Source: Prolixibacteraceae bacterium (GTDB lineage: Bacteria; Bacteroidota; Bacteroidia; Bacteroidales; Prolixibacteraceae). Taken from it: a stretch of 64,000 nucleotides of DNA. A program made the position numbers and the translations under genes. The notes under the pieces are model-generated. The model was not told the DNA's origin and searched no databases. It saw only the letters and a program-made list of their open reading frames with translations. Position 1 is the first letter of the stretch. Each line of letters begins with the position of its first letter. The DNA is taken from assembly GCA_963692465.1 (NCBI GenBank), contig OY829943.1, positions 417,935 to 481,934 of the forward strand, read 5' to 3'. Below, one piece after another: positions 37,245 through 46,446 of the stretch.

Positions 37245-39179
37245 ATGGTTTCGGTAGATCAGTTATGTGTTAGCTTCGGGGGGTTCGACCTGCTGAAAGA
37301 TATTTGCTTCTTAGTTAATCCTAAAGACCGCATCGGATTGGTCGGCAAAAATGGAGCAGGAAAATCAACACTTTTAAAAATAATCGCAGGAGAAAAGCAC
37401 CCGTCTTCAGGGCGGGTTGCTATGTCAAAAGACATTACCATTGGATATCTTCCTCAGCACATGCCGTTAATTGATGGCAAAACAGTCATGGAAGAGGCTC
37501 TTGGTGCCTTCGAGCATATCAATTTCATGGAAAAAGAGATTGGTCGGATGAATCAGGAATTAATCCAAAGGACGGACTATGAATCGGATGAATACATGGA
37601 TTTAATAACCCGTGTTACGGAACTCACTGAACGTTTTCAGATCTTCGGCGGACAAAACATGGATGAAGAAGCGGAAAAAACACTACTTGGACTGGGCTTC
37701 CTCCGTAAAGATTTTGACAGGCAAACATCCGAATTCAGTGGCGGTTGGCGTATGCGTATCGAATTATCAAAAATTTTATTGCGCCGTCCCGACATCTTTC
37801 TGCTTGATGAACCAACTAATCATCTTGATATTGAATCAATCCAGTGGCTTGAGACTTTCCTCAGTTCCTACAATGGCTCTGTGGTCCTCGTTTCTCACGA
37901 TAAAGCTTTCCTGGATAATGTTACAAACAGAACCATCGAAATTTCACTCGGCCACATCTATGATTACAAGGCCAATTATTCCAGATACCTTGAACTTCGG
38001 GCAGAACGAAGAGAACAACAACTATCGGCTTATCGGAATCAACAAAAAATGATTCAGGAGACAGAAGATTTTATCGATCGTTTTCGCTATAAAGCAACAA
38101 AAGCGGTTCAGGTCCAATCAAGAATCAAACAACTGGATAAAGTTGACCGTATCGAAATCGACGAAGAAGATTATTCCCGATTGAATATCAAATTTCCTCC
38201 GGCACCCCGATCTGGAAATATTGTCGTTGAGGCTAAAAATTTCACAAAAGCATTTGATGACCTTGTTGTTTTAAAAAACGTGAACCTAACCATTGAAAAA
38301 GGACAAAAAATTGCTTTCGCCGGAAAAAACGGTGAAGGAAAAACAACAATGGTCCGTGCCATCATCGGTGAAATACAACATGAAGGTTATTTAAAAATAG
38401 GGCACAATGTTCATATTGGCTACTTTGCCCAGAATCAGGCAAGCATGCTTGATGAAAGTAAAACAATCTTCGACACCATTGACCAAATAGCGGTTGGTGA
38501 TATTCGCACCAAAATACGGGATATTTTAGGAGCTTTCATGTTCTCCGGTGATTCTGTCGATAAAAAGGTAAAAGTACTCTCGGGAGGAGAGCGAACTCGC
38601 CTTGCAATGATTAAACTGCTCCTTGAACCTGTAAATCTGCTGATTCTCGATGAGCCAACAAATCACCTTGACATGCGAACCAAAGAAATTCTAAAACAAG
38701 CTCTTATTGATTTTGATGGCACACTGCTTGTTGTTTCTCATGATCGGGAATTTCTCAATGGATTAGTTAATATTGTCTATGAATTCACCAACAAACAAAT
38801 CAAACAACACATTGGCGGAATCTATGACTTCCTAAAAAGTAAAAATGTAGAGTCTCTTCACGAATTAGACAAAAAGAGTACAACGTCTAACTCCAATCAA
38901 AAGAAAACAGTTGAAGTCCCTAAGGTCTCTTACGAAGAACAAAAAGAAATTAATCGAAGTATTAATAAAGTTGAAAAGGATATTTCTCGGGCTGAAGAAA
39001 AAATAGCCTCAATAGAGAAAAAAACAACTGTTTTAGACCGGGAACTCGCTGCTGACACTGCAAATTCCTCTCTTTTTCAACAATACGAGAATCTAAAAAA
39101 AGAACTCGCTACAACAATGAATTTGTGGGAAAAACTTAATGAAGAGCATGAACAATGGATGAAAAAGAAAACATGGTAA
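37245..39179 (+). CDS. ABC-F family ATPase (two ABC cassettes, no TM domain, coiled-coil tail)
   Basis: GKNGAGKST and GKNGEGKTT Walker A motifs, LSGGWRMR / LSGGERTR signatures, LLDEPTNHLD twice. Confidence 0.9.
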   Translation: MVSVDQLCVSFGGFDLLKDICFLVNPKDRIGLVGKNGAGKSTLLKIIAGEKHPSSGRVAMSKDITIGYLPQHMPLIDGKTVMEEALGAFEHINFMEKEIGRMNQELIQRTDYESDEYMDLITRVTELTERFQIFGGQNMDEEAEKTLLGLGFLRKDFDRQTSEFSGGWRMRIELSKILLRRPDIFLLDEPTNHLDIESIQWLETFLSSYNGSVVLVSHDKAFLDNVTNRTIEISLGHIYDYKANYSRYLELRAERREQQLSAYRNQQKMIQETEDFIDRFRYKATKAVQVQSRIKQLDKVDRIEIDEEDYSRLNIKFPPAPRSGNIVVEAKNFTKAFDDLVVLKNVNLTIEKGQKIAFAGKNGEGKTTMVRAIIGEIQHEGYLKIGHNVHIGYFAQNQASMLDESKTIFDTIDQIAVGDIRTKIRDILGAFMFSGDSVDKKVKVLSGGERTRLAMIKLLLEPVNLLILDEPTNHLDMRTKEILKQALIDFDGTLLVVSHDREFLNGLVNIVYEFTNKQIKQHIGGIYDFLKSKNVESLHELDKKSTTSNSNQKKTVEVPKVSYEEQKEINRSINKVEKDISRAEEKIASIEKKTTVLDRELAADTANSSLFQQYENLKKELATTMNLWEKLNEEHEQWMKKKTW

Positions 39180-39186
39180 TAAAAAA

Positions 39187-39225
39187 AGAAGAGGTCATCT
39201 AAATAGATGACCTCTTCTTTTTTTA
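39187..39225. terminator. Bidirectional terminator between convergent genes
   Basis: Perfect 14-bp stem AGAAGAGGTCATCT / AGATGACCTCTTCT, flanked by an A-run and a T-run. Confidence 0.8.
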
Positions 39226-39696
39226 TTATGGTTGGATTATCGGGACTTCTCGTTTAAACGTTTCTTCAAGAGAGATAATAGTCTCGGTACTCGCGACTCC
39301 TGATATTTTCTGAATTTTATCATTGAGGATTTCCTTCAAATGCTCATTATCCCGGGCATACAACTTGATAAATATAGCATACTGTCCTGTTGTATAATGA
39401 CATTCTACAACTTCGGGAATTCGTCTCAATTCTTCTGTAATTTCCGAATACAATCCTGCTTTATCCAGAAAAATCCCCATATAAGTACAGGTTCTATATT
39501 CGATCATCTTTGGATTAATATGATAACCGGATCCTGTAATTACTCCCATCTCAATCATTCTGTTCACGCGCTGATGAACAGCCGCTCTCGATATTCCACA
39601 TACTTCTGCAACATCTTTAAACGGAGTCCTTGCATTTTTGGTTATTATATCTAAAATCTGATAATCTATACTATCAAGATAATGCTTTGTTGTCAT
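39226..39696 (-). CDS. Lrp/AsnC-family transcriptional regulator
   Basis: The Met at 39696 (MTTKHYLDSIDYQILDIITKNARTPFKDVAEVCGISRAAVHQRV) is preferred over the ORF-track start. It has an HTH plus an RAM/ASNC domain. Confidence 0.85.
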   Translation of the reverse strand: MTTKHYLDSIDYQILDIITKNARTPFKDVAEVCGISRAAVHQRVNRMIEMGVITGSGYHINPKMIEYRTCTYMGIFLDKAGLYSEITEELRRIPEVVECHYTTGQYAIFIKLYARDNEHLKEILNDKIQKISGVASTETIISLEETFKREVPIIQP

Positions 39697-39856
39697 GTTT
39701 CCTCTTTTTAATTCCGACAGACAACAAATATAAGCAAATACCATCTATTTGGAAAAAAAACAAATAAAATAACACCATAAAGCAATAATTCAGTCAAGAA
39801 TTAAGTTCATGTGCAATAGTATTAAAAAAAGAAAACACACTCTTTTAATTTATATA

Positions 39857-40339
39857 TTATCGGATAGGAACCTGACGTTTAAAAACGGTATCCAAAGAAA
39901 TAAAAGTCTCCGTTCTTGCAATACCTTCGATACCCTGCAAATCGGTATCAATAACTTTCTTAAGATGCAGATTAGTTTTCGCCTGAACTTTAGCAAAAAT
40001 TGCATACTGTCCGGTCATATGATAACATTCAACAATTTCAGGAATCAAACTTAGTGCCTTTACCACCTTCGTATCATAACTGGCTTTCTCAAGATAAATC
40101 CCCATATAAGCACACGTATTATAGCCCAGTTTCTGTGGATCAACAATGAAAGCAGATCCGGTAATAATTCCAAGATTTAACAACCTCTGTACCCGCTGAT
40201 GAATAGCTGCCCCTGAAACACCACAGGCTCTGGCAACTTCAAGAAAGGGAATTCTTGCATTCTTCGTTATTAAGTCAAGAATTTTTTGATCCAATTCATC
40301 AATCTGAACGTTTGTTGTATCGAGAAAATCACTTATCAT
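39857..40339 (-). CDS. Lrp/AsnC-family transcriptional regulator (paralog of the adjacent gene)
   Basis: LDQKILDLITKNARIPFLEVARACGVSGAAIHQRV, with the same domain order. Confidence 0.85.
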   Translation of the reverse strand: MISDFLDTTNVQIDELDQKILDLITKNARIPFLEVARACGVSGAAIHQRVQRLLNLGIITGSAFIVDPQKLGYNTCAYMGIYLEKASYDTKVVKALSLIPEIVECYHMTGQYAIFAKVQAKTNLHLKKVIDTDLQGIEGIARTETFISLDTVFKRQVPIR

Positions 40340-40514
40340 GATATTTAATTTTAGATTTCGCTATTACTGTTTATAAATTTACAAAAATTCCATCTCAACT
40401 TCCAATATGTTATTCAACACATTTTTCAGGAAGCTCCCCGTTTGGACGTGCGAATATATAATTTTTAAAAACGGAATATTCAGTTCTTCTATTAATCTTT
40501 TTCTGTATAAAGCA

Positions 40515-42455
40515 CTACTTGAATACAAGAGGAAGAGGTTTTCTCCCGGCAAAATTATTAAACAATGGACGTAATTCTCCTTTTAATGTAAACCCAAAAC
40601 CTTTCATCCCTCCCGGTCTGGAAGGGAAAACCTCACCCGAAAGTTCAATGGTTCTAAAAACAAGTGCTTCATTCATGATTCGAACTCCCATTCCCACTCC
40701 CACATAGAGTTTCTGTTCATTTAACGGAGCTCCTGAATGCCCAAGCAAACTAAAATCAGAAAAATAGAAACTCGCTAATTTAAAATTCAAAATACTCTGG
40801 TAATGAAACAGTACGGTCTCACTCCGAAAAGTAAAACGTTGGGTATTATTTATCTGTGAATTCAAAAAATCACGAATTCCTTTATCATTATCAACAAATA
40901 AACCTTCCGGGTTAAACCGGTGAATTCCAACCGTATAATAAAGGGCAAAAAATTGCCGACTCTTCAAGCCCATCAAATAAAATAACCGGGAAAAATATTG
41001 TGATGTAAAATCAAATATTCCCTGTTGAAAATTACGCTTATTATAAAAACCTCCAAATCCGGCAGAACAATACAAATAATTCATTCGGGGAGATAAAAAA
41101 TGTCCTGTCGAAAAAAACAAATGCCCGTACCCCCGATTTAGAAACTCATTCTTATCATATCCGGCAACTCCTTCCAAAAGCATTCCAATCGGAATATCCT
41201 CAGTTCTTCCAAAGCCATAAATCAGATTATTCTGCACATGACTCCATTTAGAAAACGACAGTCCACCGTAAAAAGAAAACGAATTAGAATAATAATAGGC
41301 CATCTCTGACGAACTATCAGGTCGCTCATTGAAATGTTTGATCTCAATCAAATTGGATAGAATAAGACTAGAGGCTTTCTCTCCTACTGCATCATTCAAC
41401 GGAAAACTCCTTCCAAGCCAATATTCTTGATAATTAAAACCAAGAGGATTTTTTGAAATTATGGGGTCCGAATCCGAAACACGATATGCATCTTTCAGTA
41501 CCCATACGGATGCCCCGCCTGCCCATTTCGTTTTTATCGTTTTAAAATCCTTTTCCAAAGATACCCCAACGCCTCTACGGTTATAATTATTTCCGACATC
41601 AATGGTCAAATCAGCAAAAGTTCCTCCTATATTGCGGATATAGTAATTAATATCATATCCCGTCTGTGGTATTTTCTGATTATTGTACAGTAAGGCCAAT
41701 GATAATTCCTGACCGACTCCCAGTACATTCTTATTATAAATCTTTGTCTCTGTTTTATTGTACGAGGTATTACTAATATCAATTCCAAAAGAAAAAACAT
41801 CTTTAACCATCACGGTTAAATCTACAATACTTGGATCATTGAACCTTGCAACCGGAACTATTCGTACATCTCGAATAAACGGATACTCTCTCAATATGCG
41901 TTCATTCTCGGTAAGGATAAAACTACTTAAGGATTCACCACTTTTAAACAAAAGCGATTTTTTTATAAAGCTGACCCTTGTTTTTACATGGGCATGGTTT
42001 GCCGTTCGTCCAGCCCATGTTGTAGCTGGTCTGTCAGGAGAATTAAAATCAGCTCCGAATGGAGCCAACTGAACAATGTAAATATACCCTATCTTTCGTC
42101 CCTCATAATACTTGAAAAAGTTTCTTCTATCAGGTTCATTCATCTGATAATCGTCCGGCTTATTGATAAACCAGTCATGAAGCATTTTTGTTAGAAAATT
42201 TTGATACGCAACCGCTCGCAATGTGTCATAAAACGATTCATTGGTCGGTAATGGGATCAAACGAAGAGCCGGATCTTTTTCTAAATTCTGATTTTTTAAT
42301 ACATAGGGTTTAAGAAACCATAAAGTATCCTGATCTGAAACAACGTAATGTGGAGGAATTACAAGACGTTCCCTCCCCGTAGCAAATACGCTTCGAATCG
42401 GGGTAAAAAAGCAAATCATACCGACAATTACAATCGTGATTATCTTCTTCAACAC
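40515..42455 (-). CDS. Outer-membrane protein, Omp85/BamA-like (one POTRA-like segment + beta-barrel), function unknown
   Basis: A signal sequence, then a POTRA-like stretch (RKIGYIYIVQL...LLFKSGESLSSFILTENERILREYPFIRDVRIVPV...IVDLTVMVKD). About 400 aa of alternating aromatic/glycine beta-strand pattern follow, ending in F-K. Confidence 0.55.
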   Translation of the reverse strand: MLKKIITIVIVGMICFFTPIRSVFATGRERLVIPPHYVVSDQDTLWFLKPYVLKNQNLEKDPALRLIPLPTNESFYDTLRAVAYQNFLTKMLHDWFINKPDDYQMNEPDRRNFFKYYEGRKIGYIYIVQLAPFGADFNSPDRPATTWAGRTANHAHVKTRVSFIKKSLLFKSGESLSSFILTENERILREYPFIRDVRIVPVARFNDPSIVDLTVMVKDVFSFGIDISNTSYNKTETKIYNKNVLGVGQELSLALLYNNQKIPQTGYDINYYIRNIGGTFADLTIDVGNNYNRRGVGVSLEKDFKTIKTKWAGGASVWVLKDAYRVSDSDPIISKNPLGFNYQEYWLGRSFPLNDAVGEKASSLILSNLIEIKHFNERPDSSSEMAYYYSNSFSFYGGLSFSKWSHVQNNLIYGFGRTEDIPIGMLLEGVAGYDKNEFLNRGYGHLFFSTGHFLSPRMNYLYCSAGFGGFYNKRNFQQGIFDFTSQYFSRLFYLMGLKSRQFFALYYTVGIHRFNPEGLFVDNDKGIRDFLNSQINNTQRFTFRSETVLFHYQSILNFKLASFYFSDFSLLGHSGAPLNEQKLYVGVGMGVRIMNEALVFRTIELSGEVFPSRPGGMKGFGFTLKGELRPLFNNFAGRKPLPLVFK

Positions 42456-42584
42456 TTCACGCCTTTAGAGATACACTTCTTATTTTACCAAAATTGGAAA
42501 AAAATCACTCCTTACGCAACCTTTCTTATACATTTTGAATCAATAAAATGAATGTTCTTCGAATTAAATCTAAATAGCAATAAT

Positions 42585-43352
42585 ATGAAACGATTTTTAT
42601 TCCTTTTTATCGCATGCTTATCTGTCGTAGGATTCTTTTCGGCATGTATTAACAACAATGACACTGACCGTGGTTCTTCCGACATAGGAACAGTTAATAA
42701 AACAGATGATGCAAGTGCAAAATACACAATTACCTGTGACAATAGTACACTTTTACTTCCGACCACAACTGATTCATACGGACCAACTTTAAAAAACGGA
42801 GAGAGAGTTTATGTCGAATACAGCCTTATAAGTGCCAATCCTTCTTCTGTGGCATCTTCGGTCCAATACAATGTAAAAATACTTGGAATAAGTCCGATTT
42901 TAACCAAGCCCATTTTCAATATTACCCCGGCCACCCAGGACAGCATTGGAAACGATCCCATACTTTGTATTGACAATATGTGGATTTCAGGAAAATACCT
43001 CAACTATATGCTTGAGTATTATGGAGGGACAACGACCCACCTTATAAATCTTGTTAAAGATGTAAAAAAACAGGACCCGACCGGAGCAACCATAAATCTG
43101 GAACTAAGACATAACAGTAAAGGAGATGCCGGTCAAACGTGGTTCCGCACAATTGTTAGTTTCGATCTTACCTCTTTACAACAAGCAGGGAGAAATTCAC
43201 TAAATATTGTAGTCTCTGACAAAGAGTATTATGGGCAAATAACAACCAAGCAAATTACATATACATACACTGGAACAAAATCCGCTATAAGCAAACAACC
43301 ACAAAACAAGATAAACATAAGCACAATACCCACCAGTAATATCTTAAAATAG
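42585..43352 (+). CDS. Lipoprotein, possibly NigD-like, copy 1
   Basis: The Met at 42585 gives a lipobox (MKRFLFLFIACLSVVGFFSAC). It shares long blocks with copy 2 (ILTKPIFNITPATQDSIGNDPI..IDNMWISGKYLN...YYGGTTTHLINLVKD..KQDPTGAT.NLELRHN.KGDA). Confidence 0.55.
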   Translation: MKRFLFLFIACLSVVGFFSACINNNDTDRGSSDIGTVNKTDDASAKYTITCDNSTLLLPTTTDSYGPTLKNGERVYVEYSLISANPSSVASSVQYNVKILGISPILTKPIFNITPATQDSIGNDPILCIDNMWISGKYLNYMLEYYGGTTTHLINLVKDVKKQDPTGATINLELRHNSKGDAGQTWFRTIVSFDLTSLQQAGRNSLNIVVSDKEYYGQITTKQITYTYTGTKSAISKQPQNKINISTIPTSNILK

Positions 43353-43653
43353 CGTGCACATTCATTTCTCTCAATAAAGTTTCTTTAGGGGCTGTCTAAT
43401 GACAGCTCCTTTTTTATTTTTTCTTCTCAATAAATCAGACTAATCAACTACTTATTATTCCAGTTTGATTTGCATCGCTTTTCATTGTCGGGTCACTACA
43501 GATTCGTTTTTAACTACAGATCCAATTTTTAGAGGAATTAGAGTCTCCCTAATTTTATCCAAACTGGGAAAAAACTTAATTCTCACGCAACCTTTTCGAT
43601 ACATTCTGAATCAATAAAAGAAATATTCGTTCAAATCACTAAACAGAAACAAT

Positions 43654-44346
43654 ATGAAACGATCCTTATTCCTTTTTATTTCGTGTTTGTCCTTCATCGG
43701 ACTCTTTTCCGCATGTAACACCCACAATGAATATGACCCTGTTTATCAAGACTTAGGGATAATTACGCAAACATCTAGTGATATGCCTTCCGGTTTCAGA
43801 ATTACCCGCGATGATAATACGGTATTAATTCCATCGAATGCCAGTTCTTTTGTCTCAACAGTGAAAAATGGTCAGAGGGTTCTGGTTAATTACACCCAAA
43901 TAAAGGACAATTCTTCGTCTGGAACCTCTACACAAAATGTAAAAATACAATCGCTATACCCAATTCTAACAATGCCCATTTTTAATATTACACCAACTAC
44001 ACAGGATAGCATCGGAAATAATCCGATCACCATTGACAATATGTGGATTTCAGGAAAGTATCTCAATTTCCAACTTAGATATTACGGAGGAACAACAACC
44101 CACCTTATAAATCTTGTTAAAGATGCCCAAAAACAAGATCCAACCGGTGCAACCGTAAATCTTGAACTAAGACACAACAACAAAGGAGATGCAGCACAAG
44201 TTCAAATAATTACTATCGTCAGCTTCGATATTTCTTCCTTACAGCAAAGCGGGAAAACAGTTGTAAATATCTCAGTATTGAATAAAGACTATTATAACCA
44301 AACAACAACAAAACAAATTACTTACTCTTGGTTTCATGCCGACTAG
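43654..44346 (+). CDS. Lipoprotein, possibly NigD-like, copy 2
   Basis: Lipobox MKRSLFLFISCLSFIGLFSAC. It is a paralog of 42585..43352. Confidence 0.55.
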   Translation: MKRSLFLFISCLSFIGLFSACNTHNEYDPVYQDLGIITQTSSDMPSGFRITRDDNTVLIPSNASSFVSTVKNGQRVLVNYTQIKDNSSSGTSTQNVKIQSLYPILTMPIFNITPTTQDSIGNNPITIDNMWISGKYLNFQLRYYGGTTTHLINLVKDAQKQDPTGATVNLELRHNNKGDAAQVQIITIVSFDISSLQQSGKTVVNISVLNKDYYNQTTTKQITYSWFHAD

Positions 44347-44451
44347 CTTTTACATTCATTTCTCACAATAAGGTTTCTTAGGGGTTGCCCATTTTAGGGT
44401 AGCCCCCTTCTTTTTGCCTTTACAAAATCGAACATTAACCGATTTGCTTAT

Positions 44452-45288
44452 TTAATCCAAGCTTATTTGTGTCGCTTCTATTCTTTTACCAAGAAAAACC
44501 TCCGCATTGTTCTCGAATAAATCAGAAGACTCGGTTGTAAGAAATCGTATATTTCCTGTTCGGGAACAACGTTCATCAATCTCCTGATGGCGAATCATAT
44601 AATCCTGTAATTTATTGGCGACAATAGGCCCCTGTTCTATGATTCGCACCGTAGAAGGAATGTATTGTTTGATCTTATGAATAAGAAGTGGATAATGAGT
44701 ACACCCCAAAATTAGGGTATCAATATCAGGATCCTTTGTAAGCAACATCTCAACATATTTACGAACAAAATAATCGGCCCCAGGGGTTTCTATTTCCTGA
44801 TTCTCAATAATAGGAACCCACATCGGACAGGCAAGTTGAGTAACATGAAAATTAGAGGTCCCTTTTATTTTTTCTATTTCCAATGGGTACGATTGGGATG
44901 CCACAGTCCCGACAGTGGCAAGAATTCCGATATGACCATTTCTGGTAAGAGAAGGAACCTCTTCAACACTCGGTCTTATAACTCCCAACACTCTTCCTGA
45001 AGGATTAATTCGATGAAGATCTTTTTGTTGAATGGTCCGCAATGCCTTCGCAGAAGCCGTATTACATGCTAGAATAATCAAAGGACACCCCATTTCGAAA
45101 AGTTTAGTCACTGCCTGAAGGGTGTAATTGTAAACGACTTCGAAAGATCTGGACCCATAGGGAGCACGCGCATTATCGCCTAAATAGAGATAGTCATATT
45201 GCGGTAGAACTTTAACAATCTCTCTCAATATTGTCAAGCCTCCGTAGCCAGAATCAAAAACGCCTATCGACTTAATATCTTTAATCAT
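44452..45288 (-). CDS. murI: Glutamate racemase
   Basis: The Met at 45288 (MIKDIKSIGVFDSGYGGLT) is preferred. It has ILACNTAS and LGCTHYPL motifs. Confidence 0.9.
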   Translation of the reverse strand: MIKDIKSIGVFDSGYGGLTILREIVKVLPQYDYLYLGDNARAPYGSRSFEVVYNYTLQAVTKLFEMGCPLIILACNTASAKALRTIQQKDLHRINPSGRVLGVIRPSVEEVPSLTRNGHIGILATVGTVASQSYPLEIEKIKGTSNFHVTQLACPMWVPIIENQEIETPGADYFVRKYVEMLLTKDPDIDTLILGCTHYPLLIHKIKQYIPSTVRIIEQGPIVANKLQDYMIRHQEIDERCSRTGNIRFLTTESSDLFENNAEVFLGKRIEATQISLD

Positions 45289-45357
45289 TTCAAATAGATA
45301 AAAGAAAAGCCATCCTAACAGATGGCTTTTCAAAATTAAATATTGTTGATGAAATTT

Positions 45358-45885
45358 TTATTGAATACCCAATTTCTTTTTTACGAAAGGAAGAACATCA
45401 AGACTTTCTGCCGATTTGTACAAAATAGGAGAATTTCCTTCGGTAGCTTCAAAAACATAAATCAACCCCTTTTCCTTAGCAACTTCATCAATTGCAGCTC
45501 TTGCTTTTTCAAGCAGTGGTTTGAAAAGTTCTGCTCTTTTTTTGTTCACTTCTGTTGTTGCTGTCTGCTGAAAAGTCTCCATTCTTTTATTCATGTCATT
45601 CAATTGTGTTTCTGCGGCAGTTTTTGCTGCATCATTCATTGAATCTCTTTTACTAACGTAAACAGAAACCTTCTGCTGATATTCCTTTTGAATAGCACTA
45701 TACTGATCATCAAATTCTTTAGCATACTTTTCCAATTGAGTTTCTGCTACTGCTCTGCCCGGAAGCACTTCCATAAGTTTCTGAGAATCAATATGACCAA
45801 ATTTTAATGCTTTCTGCGCAAACGTATTATTCCCTGCAAAAATCAGGAAAAGGGCAATTACACTAAGTCTGAAAAAATTCTTCAT
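45358..45885 (-). CDS. skp: OmpH/Skp-family periplasmic chaperone
   Basis: The Met at 45885 gives a signal peptide. It has a coiled, Lys/Glu/Gln-rich body and sits downstream of bamA. Confidence 0.8.
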   Translation of the reverse strand: MKNFFRLSVIALFLIFAGNNTFAQKALKFGHIDSQKLMEVLPGRAVAETQLEKYAKEFDDQYSAIQKEYQQKVSVYVSKRDSMNDAAKTAAETQLNDMNKRMETFQQTATTEVNKKRAELFKPLLEKARAAIDEVAKEKGLIYVFEATEGNSPILYKSAESLDVLPFVKKKLGIQ

Positions 45886-45918
45886 AACACTGAGTTTTGT
45901 TTTTAGCAAATATATCAA

Positions 45919-46431
45919 TTAATTTTTATACCCTAACTTTTTCAACACCTGATCACTTAAATCATAAGTCGGATTTGTATACAACAGAGTTGTTCCATTG
46001 GCTTTATCAAAGATAACGGCATACCCCCCTTCATCTGCAATCACCTTAATTGCATTGTAAACCTCGTTCTGAATTGGCTTTACCAAATTCTGACGTTTTT
46101 TATAAAGATCTCCTTCCGGACCAAAATATTTTCTCTGTAAGTTTTTATATTCTTTTTCCCGATTAATGATAACGTCTTCTCTTTTTTGTTTCATATCTGC
46201 CGAAAGAAGAACACTCTCGGATTGGAAGTTTTTATACATCTGTTGCAATTCAGTCTGAACGGTTTCCAATTCTTTCTGATATTGCTTCGACGTTTGATCA
46301 ATCTGCTCCTGAGCTGTCTTAAACGCAGGAATATTATCTAATATATATTGCGTATCGACATATCCATATTTCTGCGCAAAAAGGTTTCCTCCCATAAGGA
46401 GCAAGACAAAAGCAAAAAATATCTTTTTCAT
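45919..46431 (-). CDS. skp: OmpH/Skp-family periplasmic chaperone
   Basis: Signal peptide, YGYVDTQYILDNIP, and a position directly after bamA. Confidence 0.8.
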   Translation of the reverse strand: MKKIFFAFVLLLMGGNLFAQKYGYVDTQYILDNIPAFKTAQEQIDQTSKQYQKELETVQTELQQMYKNFQSESVLLSADMKQKREDVIINREKEYKNLQRKYFGPEGDLYKKRQNLVKPIQNEVYNAIKVIADEGGYAVIFDKANGTTLLYTNPTYDLSDQVLKKLGYKN

Positions 46432-46446
46432 AGCGATCGTTTAAAA

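Larger units (their letters stand above)
42495..44420 (+). repeat. Tandem duplication (~1.07-kb unit x2) covering leader, lipoprotein CDS and terminator
   Basis: Upstream blocks are shared (ACGCAACCTTTCTTATACATTTTGAATCAATAAAA versus ACGCAACCTTTTCGATACATTCTGAATCAATAAAA). The CDSs are shared, and so are the downstream blocks (CATTCATTTCTC.CAATAA.GTTTCTTAGGGG). Confidence 0.8.
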
